Shown: positions 1 to 8,689 of the stretch, piece after piece
Layout of the letters: each line of letters starts with the position of its first letter
How positions within the stretch are numbered: position 1 is the first letter of the stretch
The notes under the pieces: generated by a model
What the model saw: the letters and a program-made list of their open reading frames with translations, nothing else
Database searches by the model: none
What the model was told of the DNA's origin: nothing
Assembly: GCF_006345805.1 (NCBI RefSeq)
Contig: NW_021827316.1
Span: forward strand, 1 to 10,801
Length of the DNA stretch: 10,801 nucleotides
Direction: 5' to 3'
Origin: Octopus sinensis
Lineage: Eukaryota
Program-made: the position numbers and the translations under genes

Positions 1-195
1 AGAGTAAAGAGTAAAAGAGTGTTATTAGTACTGTGAGGGTACGCAGAATCTTTGCTCGAAAACTCCAGCTTCTACATCAAGATTAAAGATTTACATTAAT
101 ATGAATAAGAACGTGGAAGACATAAGATAGTCATTAAGAAACTCCACCTACAAAAAAAAACCTTTTTCCTTCACTTAAAAATATATTTGTAATTA

Positions 196-428
196 CTATT
201 TCTTTACTACCCACAAGGGGCTAAACACAGAGAGGACAAACAAGGACATACAAACGGATTAAGTCGATTACATCGACCCGAGTGCGTAACTGGTACTTAA
301 TTTATCGACCCCGAAAGGATGAAAGACAAAGTCGACCTCGGCGGAATTTGAACTCACAACGTAACGCAGACGAAATACCGCTAAGCATTTCGCCCGGCGT
401 GCTAACGTTTCTGCCAGCTCGCCGCCTT
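196..428 (-). mobile_element. tRNA-headed SINE, family A monomer with tail type 1
   Basis: Minus strand reads GGCGGCGAGC-TGGCAGAA (A-box-like, 409-416) ... GAGTTCAAATTCC (B box, 343-355) ... CTTTCATCCTTTCGGGGTCGATAAATTAAGTACCAG core ... CCCCTTGTGGGTAGTAAAGAAATAG. It is near-identical to other copies in the window. Candidate TSD TTGTAAT at 187-193 and 430-436. Confidence 0.92.
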
Positions 429-1007
429 ATTGTAATACCGTGGCAAAATCTTCGTCGCTCGAACTTGTTCACAGACAAAACATTTCTAACTATACATTAG
501 CTCTTTCATATTCTCCTACTTGTTTCAATTATCATAGACATGGCATAAAAAATAGCCAATATCTCAAAAGAGTGAATGTCGTGGAGTTTAGTAACATCCC
601 AAAAAGACTAAAGTTTTCCCAAAATATCTAGGGTTTTTATAACTGCTGAACTCGACTTTAAATAATTGAAATCGCATAAGAATATTCTTTTACTAATTTT
701 CAGAATTCCTATATGAGCAGTTATTGCAACAAATGGGAAAACGACAATCATATTTCCTCGGCAATATGACATTACGTTATATTGCCAGCTGCCACAAATT
801 TGGCGCCACTATTTGAATGGCTGCACGCTACACAATCATTAGACTGTTGGAGCATTGGCTTGGAGAAGTCTTTTAGTCGAATGAATCAACATGAATCCTT
901 ATTTTCTTATTAAGCCTGGTGGTCATTCTACCGGTTTTTTTTTTTTGCCGAACTGCTAGCTTACGCGAAAGTAAGGAGATTGCTGTGGGACAAACACGCA
1001 TGTACGG

Positions 1008-1027
1008 GTGTGTGTGTGTGTGTGTGT
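1008..1027. repeat. (TG)n microsatellite next to the family B SINE 3' end
   Basis: About 10 TG units read directly. Confidence 0.95.
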
Positions 1028-1032
1028 ATACA

Positions 1033-1198
1033 CATATACCACTGTCTTTGTTCAGTTCCATCTATCAAATCCATTCACAAGGCATTGGTCGGCCAGAGGC
1101 TATAGTAGAAGACACTTGCCCAAGGTACCATACAGTGGGACTGAAACCAGACCCAAGTGGTTCAAAAGCAAGCTTTTTACCACACAGGCAAGCCTGTA
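1033..1198 (-). mobile_element. tRNA-headed SINE, family B (CORE-like centre)
   Basis: Minus strand has A-box-like TGCCTGTGTGGTAA (1177-1190), B-box-like GGTTTCAGTCCC (1137-1148), then CCTTGGGCAAGTGTCTTCT (1107-1125), which resembles the CORE-SINE motif CCTTGGGCAAGT. It ends in a simple-repeat tail. Family assignment is from memory. Confidence 0.8.
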
Positions 1199-1529
1199 CC
1201 TTTTACGTATTATCTATTATATAACAGATGTTTTAAAACATTTTCTTCCAATTGACATATCTTCCGACTACTGTAACCACATTCGGTATACAGTATGTCT
1301 ACGAACGGATGTGCATAGAATTTCATGTTTTAAATAGTGGAGATATTATTCAGACAACTATAACTTACATTGGCATTATGTTGTCGACAAGACTTTTGAT
1401 AAATTTTTGATAATAAACGTACGCTTAGAAATGTCTAGCTATGTTTGCACTTTCACTAAAAGGGCTTGTTAAACTAGATACAGCTATGTATGTTCAATTT
1501 AATAAGTGTTTTACCATTGGATGCAGACT

Positions 1530-1730
1530 TATGCACACACAGACACACACACAACACACACACACAATCACAAATACACACGTGATTTCAGTTGCAAACT
1601 TATGAATAATTTTAATGATAATATTGACATTTGTATATACACATATGTGCGTATATGCTTATATATATATATATGCTTCTATGTATATATATATATATAT
1701 ATATGCTTCTATGTATATATATATTATATA
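1530..1730. repeat. Compound CA/TA low-complexity tract with a 30-bp duplication
   Basis: CA-rich at ~1530-1580 and TA-rich at ~1634-1730. TGCTTCTATG recurs at 1674 and 1704, separated by (TA)n. Confidence 0.9.
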
Positions 1731-2225
1731 CTATTGCGTAGAAATACTTCTAAGGTATCATCTACTAGAGAATGTATGACTCTCTCCTTCTCATTAACTT
1801 AATTCTTGGTTATCTATTTAAAAATACGAAACCTCACTCGCTGCAATAGAAATAGTAGGATTAATTATATCCTATTTGGTTAGAAAATATTTCTAAGATT
1901 CTTAATGGATCACAAGAATGAGCTTCTCAGCGCAGCATTAGAATCTGTGGTGAAAAAGTATATCTCCTACAGAAAATAGCTAATTTCACTGAAACTGCAT
2001 TATAATAAGCAAAGTTTTAACGAAATATAGCTGATGCCACCACAAGCTTAAATATTTTTCTATATATGCATAATGCATTTTTATGCTACGTATTTGACTT
2101 GGGGACCAAGATGTGCTTACATTTCTTTGCATTAATTAGAAACTTTGGTGAATATCTTCTAATAGATCTAAGACAAGAACCAGAGGCATTATGCAGGCAC
2201 TGTATTTATACTTTTTAAAAGTCAT

Positions 2226-2304
2226 CTACATCCATCCATCCATACATAGATATATATACATATATACATTGTGTGTGTGTTGTGTATGTGCGTGTGTGTG
2301 TGTG
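2226..2304. repeat. Compound (CATC)/(TA)/(TG) microsatellite
   Basis: Read directly. Confidence 0.9.
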
Positions 2305-2749
2305 AAAGCAAAAATGCGCATCTTTACAATTTCTAATTAGTGATATTCATCAAGGTGATTAAAACGATGAATTGAGGTAATTTCTTTAAAAGGTATTTTG
2401 TTACCTTCATACGTTTGCTATGGACAAACGGGAGATTTAAGAAGAGAAATGTCCATAACTAAAAAACAAAATGAAGCTATTCATTTTGAAGTTGTTGAAG
2501 GATTTTTTTCCTCTTTACTTTTATTGTAGGCGATGGCTTTGCTTTGGTAGCAATAATCACTCGAGTATTTAAATATGCTAGTGAATCACAATTACATCAA
2601 ATCAAATTTGTTATTTATTTTAAATGTTTTAAAGATTCCTTTTTGTTTTCAGCTGTAGGATTCATACGGCAGGCGGCTAGGTTTTCGATGGCGAATACTT
2701 AAACGCTATCACATTAAACTCCCTCAACGCAGCAGAATTGAAAGAGAGT

Positions 2750-2935
2750 AATTTTGATGGGAGGGGAGCGTTCGTTTATATGCATCCCCAGTATGTGACT
2801 GATATCTTATTTTATCGACTCCGACGGAATAAAAGGTGAAGTTGACCTATGCAGAATTTGAACTCAAAACGTAAATAACCAGAAGAAATACCGCTTAACA
2901 CTGTCCGATGTGTTAACGATTCTGCCAGCTCTCCT
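2750..2935 (-). mobile_element. Old, diverged family A SINE (tail type 2-like)
   Basis: TTTATCGACTCCGACGGAATAAAAGGTGAAGTTGACC..GCAGAATTTGAACTC..GAAATACCGCT..TCTGCCAGCTC aligns colinearly with the younger minus-strand copies, with many substitutions. Confidence 0.85.
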
Positions 2936-3169
2936 ATTTGACAGCAACTTGTCGCTATTTAAAAAGGGTTTTAATTTAGTGCTCTAACATGGGGGGCATT
3001 CATATACGAGGCATAAAGTGCTAACGTTTACTCTAAGTTATACACTTCTTACTGTAACGACTCAACGCATCTGCTTGTCTACCAAAAGAATTTTATAGTA
3101 AAACTGTTTTGATGAGCTTATTAAAATTGAATGAGCGAATGTCCAAATAAATGTATATATATCTAACTT

Positions 3170-3295
3170 TTGTCTGTCTATCTGTCTCTCTTTCCCTCAC
3201 TCTTTCCTCACCCGGTTTCCTCTCTCTCTCTCTCTCTCTCTGCATCCACACACACGCATGCACGTGAACACATGCATTCGTGCATGGTTTCAAAC
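3170..3295. repeat. Compound (TC)n/(CA)n low-complexity tract
   Basis: Read directly. It explains the ERERER ORF at 3093-3293. Confidence 0.9.
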
Positions 3296-3559
3296 ACTAT
3301 TCAGTATGTTTTTAAAATCCCAAATCAGAAAGACTGCAGACTATGAATCATAGCGCAGGTGGCTGGCAAGACATCTGCAACATGAATATCTTCTGCACAA
3401 TATCATCTCAGAACAAGGAGCACTGTGCAATCTTCGTTTTCTAACACATGAGACAAGCATTCCATTTTCAAAACCACATTTGTTTTTAACTGGGCGTAAC
3501 TTTAAACACTAAAGAACTTCAGTACATATAAAGTAACACCATTATGGTGGAATTTATTG

Positions 3560-3617
3560 ATGGATACACACTCACAAACACATACACACGCGTACATGCA
3601 TACATACATGCATCCAT
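3560..3617. repeat. CA/(CATA)-like microsatellite at the 5' flank of the LINE fragment
   Basis: CACACTCACAAACACATACACACGCGTACATGCATACATACATGCATCCAT. Confidence 0.85.
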
Positions 3618-3821
3618 ATCATCGTATCATCATGTAAAAGGATAAGCTTATATTAGCAGAAGACCATGCATGGATATTAGTAGAATGCTCCGAGAAGATA
3701 GTAACATTGGCCTTCAAAGTAATCTATCATGGACCAATAACCGGATTACTACCTCCAGCTTTGAAGGATATGCGTTTGCAATCCAAGAACAGGAAATATC
3801 AACCAAATACCTGATACACAA

Positions 3822-4238
3822 AGGCGGCGAGCTGGCAGAAACGTTAGCACGCCGGACGAAATGCTTAGCGGTATTTCGTCTGTCTTTATGTTCTGAGTTC
3901 AAATTCTGCTGAGATCGACTTTGCCGTTCATCCTTTCAGGGTCGATTAAATAAGTATCAGTTACGCACTGGGGTCGATATAATCGACTTAATCCGTTTGT
4001 CTGTCCTTGTTTGTCCACTCTACGTTTAGCCCTTTGTGGGTAGTAAAGAAATAGGTATTTCGTTTGTCTTTATGTTCTGAGTTCAAATTCCACCGAGGTC
4101 TACTTTGCCTTTCATCCTTTCGGGGTCGATTAAATAAGTACCAGTTACACACTGGGGTCGATATAATCACTTAATCCCTTTGTCTGTCCTTGTTTGTCCC
4201 CTCTATGTTTAGCCCCTTGTGGGCAATAAAGAATTAAG
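3822..4238 (+). mobile_element. Family A SINE dimer (unit 1 3822-4054, 5'-shortened unit 2 4055-4238; both tail type 1)
   Basis: Two tandem units with a 184-bp period. A perfect 14-bp TSD, TACCTGATACACAA, lies at 3808-3821 and 4239-4252 and flanks the whole dimer. The core GCCTTTCATCCTTTCGGGGTCGATTAAATAAGTACCAG (4107-4144) resembles, from memory, the Meta/MESC SINE domain. Confidence 0.95.
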
Positions 4239-4914
4239 TACCTGATACACAAGAGGAATAGAGATGCAGGAAAAACAGTAAAATGCGACAACCAATGCAG
4301 ACTTTGTGGAGTTAGCACCGAAAAAATCACCTACACCATAAGCAGTTGTCGGAAAATGTCATCACAGTATTATCCATCGATGAGAAATGATGTTGTAGCT
4401 AGGACACTCTATAATAAAATCCATCGGAAGGATAACCCCGAGGACAAAGAAATAAGAACCCACAATACGATAGAAGACATAGCCACTCATAATAAAAAGG
4501 ATGTAAATAAGATGTAAATGAGATGTATGCAGAACAGTCCTGATATAGTGGTTTGGGATGGAGAAGAGAAACTGTGTACAATTGTGAAAATCAGTTTCCC
4601 AGGATACTAACTTAAAGCTGAAGATCAATGAAAAAAGAGAACACCTACGCAGACCTTTTGAGAAATCTGCAGTTACTCTATACAGATTACAAGTTCAGGC
4701 TTAAACTTGTAATAATTCGAGCACCGAGACATTCCTAAATACCAATCTTGAGAAATTAGGCGTTTCAAAACCAAAAAGAATCTGATTCAAAGACTGCAGA
4801 TCCAATTCATCACTGGAACTGTAAAAATCTGTGAAACTTTCCAGAAGTTTATTATTTAAGTATATATGAGCAAGTTTATGCACGAGAAGACCTATATAAA
4901 GCAAAAATAGAAAT

Positions 4915-4982
4915 CTGTATGTATACATACATGCATACAGGAATACATACATTGATACATACATTCATACATACTTACATAG
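4915..4982. repeat. Imperfect (CATA)n tract inside the inferred LINE 3'UTR
   Basis: TATACATACATGCATACAGGAATACATACATTGATACATACATTCATACATACTTACAT. Confidence 0.85.
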
Positions 4983-5589
4983 AAAAATACCCTGTTGATT
5001 TTGAAATTCCAATGAAGGGGCCTTGGATCTAGGTTAGAAACCGACTCTTTCTTTATTGGCTAGAAATCTTGAAATAAAATTGAATAATGACATTCATACA
5101 TACAACTGTAGTTTCAGAATATTTCTAAGTTGCATATATTCTAGAATTGTCTCTATTGACTCAGCTAAATTTGGAAAGACACGAGAATCTAGTGATGGCA
5201 GCGGTTTGTTTACATTATTCTCGTTCTGTGTTCTGGCAGGTTTTGGCCAGCTCTCAGTGTTTTGAGAAGATAGATTTACACCAGGAGAGCAAACCACTTT
5301 TTTTCATAAGAAAATATGCTTGTTGTTGAAGTGGATTTGCAGTAAAGATGATTAAGTTGCGGTAAGATTCGTCCCTATTCGTATTTTTAACCGCTTCAAA
5401 TATCCGAGAGAAGGGTCTTCACGGGATTTTTCATAGCTTCGAAATAGGCCTTGGATTAGCTGTAGAGTTCACGTAAAATGACAGGAATACTTAAGTCTCC
5501 TTAGACACCTTACTGGTACTGTAGTGGTGTCTTCCTTAGTAGTGGTACGGTCATTAGAGTATCCGATAGGGCATATTCTATGTTCTGGA

Positions 5590-5708
5590 TATCTGCGCTC
5601 TCGGTTCAAATCCTGTTGAACCGAAATTTAATTTTTCAACCGTCTAGAGTCAAAAAATAAAGTTCTAATCAACTTTTGGGACCAATTATACTTAATCCTC
5701 TTCCCGAA
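5590..5708 (+). mobile_element. Highly degenerate family A-like SINE relic
   Basis: B-box-like GGTTCAAATCC, followed in the expected order by AGAGTCAAAAAATAAAGT, TTTGGGACC and CTTAATCCTCTTCCC, loosely colinear with core plus tail 2. Confidence 0.45.
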
Positions 5709-5713
5709 CACTC

Positions 5714-5751
5714 AGTCTCTCTATCTGTCTCTGTCTGTGTGTCTGTCTCTT
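5714..5751. repeat. TC/TG low-complexity tract
   Basis: GTCTCTCTATCTGTCTCTGTCTGTGTGTCTGTCTCT. Confidence 0.85.
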
Positions 5752-5959
5752 TGAATCGGTTGTGTTGCGCCGAGGGAAGTGTTGTTGCCAAGGCTGCCAC
5801 AAAAAAGTTAACTAAACATTTGTCTTGGGTACAAGAAGCTAGACATGCAACACAAATTCTGAACAAGTTTGTCCAAATTTCTTAATCCAACTAAAATCGC
5901 AAAATTGCTAAAACTTGTTAGTTTCAGCCATAATCGTGTTAGCGAAACTCCACATGATA

Positions 5960-6351
5960 TCTTTATATATAAAAGTAAAGTTGTGTGTCTGTCTCCTATG
6001 ATTTAGATTCCTAACTACTCCCACATTTTGCGGTGCAGTTTAACCAAAACCGGGTATCTTATAGTCGTGATTCATATCGAGCCCTTCTGGGTATTAGCGC
6101 GCGTCTACGATGAGTCTACGATTTAAAAAATAATTTACCATCATTTTTTCCATTTTAATGCATTTTTCGCTATTATGTAAGGGAAGTAACTCTCTAAAAA
6201 TGTCTACGATGAGTCAACGATTAAAACAAATTTACCATCATTTTTTCCCATTTTTAATGCATTCTTTTGCTATTTTTTGGCTATAACTCTCTAAAAATGC
6301 TTTATAGTTATTTCCCATACAAACCCGAGCAACGCCGGGCGATACTGCTAG
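5960..6351 (+). mobile_element. Non-autonomous Helitron (392 bp)
   Basis: Starts 5'-TC (TCTTTATATATAAAAG) right after A5959 and ends CTAG (6348-6351) right before T6352, i.e. an A|T target with no TSD. A GC-rich subterminal hairpin CCCGAGCAACGCCGGG (6324-6339) lies 8 nt before CTAG. No Rep/helicase coding capacity. Confidence 0.9.
6103..6298 (+). repeat. ~99-bp tandem duplication inside the Helitron
   Basis: GTCTACGATGAGTC...ACTCTCTAAAAAT at 6103-6201 and 6202-6298. Confidence 0.92.
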
Positions 6352-6390
6352 TGAGATATAATCTGGTATGAATAACTTTCATTCACAGCT

Positions 6391-6475
6391 GAAGATATGT
6401 AGCCAAGGTGTCGCGCAATGGATTAAGAGATTGATCCTGAACTCCCTGGTTGTGAAACGAGTGTCTTAACCACGT
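6391..6475 (-). mobile_element. Degenerate family B SINE 5' part
   Basis: GAAGATATGTAGCCAAGGTGTCGCGCAATGG...TCTTAACCAC aligns with GAAGACACTTGCCCAAGGTACCATACAGTGG...TTTTACCAC of the 1033-1198 copy. Confidence 0.6.
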
Positions 6476-7144
6476 AAGCATTACTGCTCTGACTATGTCC
6501 CTTCTCTACAATCGGGAAGTTTGTAGAAATTAGAAGTCAATACTTTCAGGGAAAAGCACGTTTGTACGTCGTTATTTTTATTTATCTCTGCAATAATGTA
6601 TTAAAAACCTCTCTTTACACTATAGGAAATATCTTTCAACTAAGCATACTGCATCCGTCTTAGTATCTCAATGTATGATTTAGCCTACCACGCAGCTAAA
6701 GCCGTGACATGTGAGACCACGATACTCTAGTGTCGTATCTAGAGAAATAAATGTTTCTTATCTGTAATATAGCATACAAATCGTTTCTCTGTAATAATAC
6801 TTCAAACACCCAGAATTTGAAGAGAGATTAAACATTTTAGCATATGATTTTATTTCTTGAAACATTATAGCAATTCTTAGATTTGGAACTTTTAAAGGCT
6901 ATAAAAAAATTTCCCTGTGATAGGAAGAGGTTTAGAGGCGTTTTGAATGGTAAGATTGCCATAGGAAAGAAGAGAACACCTCTAGAATTTGACATTTATA
7001 TACTTGCGGCATCCTGATAAGTATGATACAACAGGAATGTAATAGTGAGATTGCTAAACCATTAATAAAATGCGAGTTGGTATCTTCCACCAACCATAAA
7101 CTGAACCACTAATGGCAGATGTACTATCACTACAGCAACTGAGA

Positions 7145-7192
7145 AATAATAATAATAATAATAACAACAACAACAACAACAACAACAATAAT
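7145..7192. repeat. (AAT)6(AAC)8(AAT)2 microsatellite, the 3' tail of the family A dimer on the minus strand
   Basis: Counted directly. It is contiguous with tail type 2 (AAAGATTATT...). Confidence 0.95.
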
Positions 7193-7590
7193 CTTTTTTA
7201 TTATAGGCACAAGGTCTGAAATTTGGGGGAGAGGGAGAGTCGATTACATCCACCCCATTACACAATTGATACTTGACTCATCAACCCCGAAAGGATGAAA
7301 GGCAAATTTGACCTCGATGGAAATTGAACTCAGAACGTAACGGCAGACGAAATACTTATTTCTTTACTACCCACAAGGGGCTAAACACAGAGAGGACAAA
7401 AAAAAGACAGACAAACAAATTAAGTCGATTATATCGACCCCAGTGCGTAACTGCTACTTATTTAATCGATCCCGAAAGGATAAAAGGCAAAATCGACCTC
7501 GGCGGAATTTGAACTCAGAACGTAACGGCAGATGAAATACCGCTAAGCATTTCGCCCGGCGTGCTAACGTTTCTGCCAGCTCGCCGCCTT
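7146..7590 (-). mobile_element. Family A SINE dimer (unit 1 7590-7356 tail 1; shortened unit 2 7355-7146 tail 2 plus trinucleotide tail)
   Basis: Same AAGAAATA[A/G]|GTATTTCGTCTG junction as the other dimers. Candidate imperfect TSD TGAGAAATA (7140-7148) and TGAAAAATA (7591-7599), 8/9 identical. Confidence 0.92.
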
Positions 7591-7592
7591 TG

Positions 7593-7646
7593 AAAAATAT
7601 GGAACGCTTCACGGATTTGCGTGTCATCCTTGCGCAGGAGCCATGT

Positions 7647-7682
<36 letters not shown>

Positions 7683-7703
7683 ATTGCCAAAAGCCTTGTG
7701 TAC
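7593..7703 (-). pseudogene. U6: U6 spliceosomal snRNA copy, probably a pseudogene
   Basis: Minus strand: GTACACAAGGCTTTTGGCAATACATATACTAAAATTGGAACGATACAGAGAAGATTAACATGGCTCCTGCGCAAGGATGACACGCAAATCCGTGAAGCGTTCCATATTTTT. After the 5' stem it differs from human U6 (recalled) at 3 positions (7646, 7639, 7614). The ACAGAGA box is intact (7653-7659), but the catalytic AGC triad reads AAC, the 5' stem-loop is disrupted, and there is no TATA box near -30. Confidence 0.95.
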
Positions 7704-7751
7704 TGTTATCAGACGGGTTGTCATGATGAACATACTGACAAATAGTATATA

Positions 7752-8400
7752 TATAAACCTAGTAAAGTATTAGAAAGTAAGAAATACAATATGTTGTCGG
7801 ACTTTAATATTCAGACTGGCAGAGTAATAGAAGCTAGAAGGCCTGATTTTGTAGTAGTAGATAATGAGAACATAAAGTGCCAGATAATTGACTTTACAGT
7901 CCCAAATAACGAAAAAAATCAATATGAGAGTTATAGAAAAAATAGCAAAGTACCAGGACCTAGCTATTGAATTACAGCGACTATACAAAGTGCAGGTAAA
8001 ATGTATCCCCGTAGTTATAGGTGCATTGGGAATTATCCCTAAAGATCTAAACAAATGGATAGAGGAAATAGGCATAAAAGCCAGTTTAGTACAGCTCCTG
8101 AAAACAGTGTTATTAGGGACAGCTAGGATACTTAGGAGGGTTCTTGGCCTCTAAGGTTTTTTACTGTAACTTTGTAGGAGGGCTCTTGGTATCAAAGGCT
8201 ATTTGTTGTAGCCTGATGCTAGGATTCTTGACCTCTAGGGTTATTTACTGTAACTCAATAGGAGGGTTCTTAGCATCTAATGCTATTTGTTGTAGCCTGA
8301 TGCTAGGATTTTTGGCCTCTAGGGTTATTTACTGTAACTCAATAGGAGGGATCTTGGCATCTAAGACTACTTGTTCTAGCCTGATGCTAAGATTATTTTA
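7752..8400 (+). mobile_element. 5'-truncated RLE-type non-LTR retrotransposon (R4/Dong-like), endonuclease C-terminus plus 3'UTR
   Basis: YKPSKVLESKKYNMLSDFNIQTGRVIEARRPDFVVVDNENIKCQIIDFTVPNNEK (PD at 7842-7847, second D at 7890), a +1 frameshift in the A run at 7912-7918, then INMRVIEKIAKYQDLAIELQRLYKVQVKCIPVVIGALG...LLGTARILRRVLGL* (TAA 8152-8154). This gives the PD..D..EK.KY endonuclease pattern and a PVVIGALG C-terminus. Confidence 0.92.
8133..8387 (+). repeat. Higher-order minisatellite, three copies of an ~84-bp [A+B] unit
   Basis: Subunits A1 8133-8174 (42 bp), B1 8175-8219 (45), A2 8220-8258 (39), B2 8259-8303 (45), A3 8304-8342 (39), B3 8343-8387 (45). All begin TAGGA and share a TCTTGGCNTCTA-like core. 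Confidence 0.93.
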
Positions 8401-8689
8401 TTTTCCAACAGTCTAATCTGTTGAGTGTACAAGGTTTTCACTAACGTTCTCGAGTCAGTTGGGGTTGGAAGCACTGAATGTAGCTATTTACGCTATCAAC
8501 TAAATATTCCACGAAATTTTTCTCAACTCACACGCTACTGTCTAAAAAATGAAAGCAGTATGCTTGTAAAAAAAAAAAAAAGGATCCTGTCAGTTGACGA
8601 CTTGAATACTTTAGATCATACGCTGTCTTTAACCTAGTTTGGCATTAAGTAAATAATATCAAAAATACTAACATTGCAATCAAGACTAT

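Larger units (their letters stand above)
3632..5103 (+). mobile_element. 5'-truncated, inactivated RLE-type non-LTR retrotransposon (R4/Dong-like), interrupted by a SINE dimer
   Basis: Removing 3822-4238 and one TSD joins the frame: QKTMHGY (3657-3677) /fs/ FEGYAFAIQEQEISTKYLIHK|RNRDAGKTVKCDNQ-CRLCGVSTEKITYTISSC (4296-4349, C-X2-C-X8-[H>Y]-X4-C knuckle) RNDVVAR (decayed RHD/N motif), stop at 4515-4517, PDIVVWDGEEKLCTIVKISFP (4539 on), frameshifts, ENTYADLLRNLQLLY ... LIQRLQIQFITGTVKICETFQKFII* (TAA 4857-4859). The 3'UTR extent to ~5103, ending CATTCATACATAC, is inferred. Confidence 0.88.

Noticed and set aside
691-870. Acceptor-like TACTAATTTTCAG followed by a possible exon
   Set aside because: All three frames hit stops before any good donor site.
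873-3293. ORFs with THTHTH, CVCVCV, YIYIY or ERERER runs
   Set aside because: These are dinucleotide microsatellite translations.
3821-4238. Direct repeats with spacers suggesting a CRISPR array
   Set aside because: The units are ~184-bp SINE bodies with Pol III boxes in eukaryotic DNA. There are no short constant repeats with unique spacers and no cas genes.
5094-5560. Minus-strand open frames (e.g. ...PSLDSRVFPNLAESIETILEY...) as a host exon or TE relic
   Set aside because: No recognisable motif, short frames broken by stops, and no convincing splice-site pair. It stays unexplained and a tblastx search would settle it.
7593-7703. Functional U6 gene
   Set aside because: The AGC triad is mutated, the 5' stem-loop is disrupted, and there is no TATA box at about -30.
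8380-8400. AAGATTATT shared between the LINE 3' end and SINE tail 2, suggesting this LINE is the SINE's partner
   Set aside because: Only ~9 AT-rich bases match, which is too short to support partnership.
838-8417. 14-bp inverted match (838-851 versus 8404-8417) as terminal inverted repeats of a large transposon
   Set aside because: One such match is roughly expected by chance in 10.8 kb of AT-rich DNA. It does not extend, and I saw no TSD or transposase.
8430-8640. Possible additional old repeat around the A14 run (8568-8581)
   Set aside because: No second copy in the window and no diagnostic boxes or TSD.
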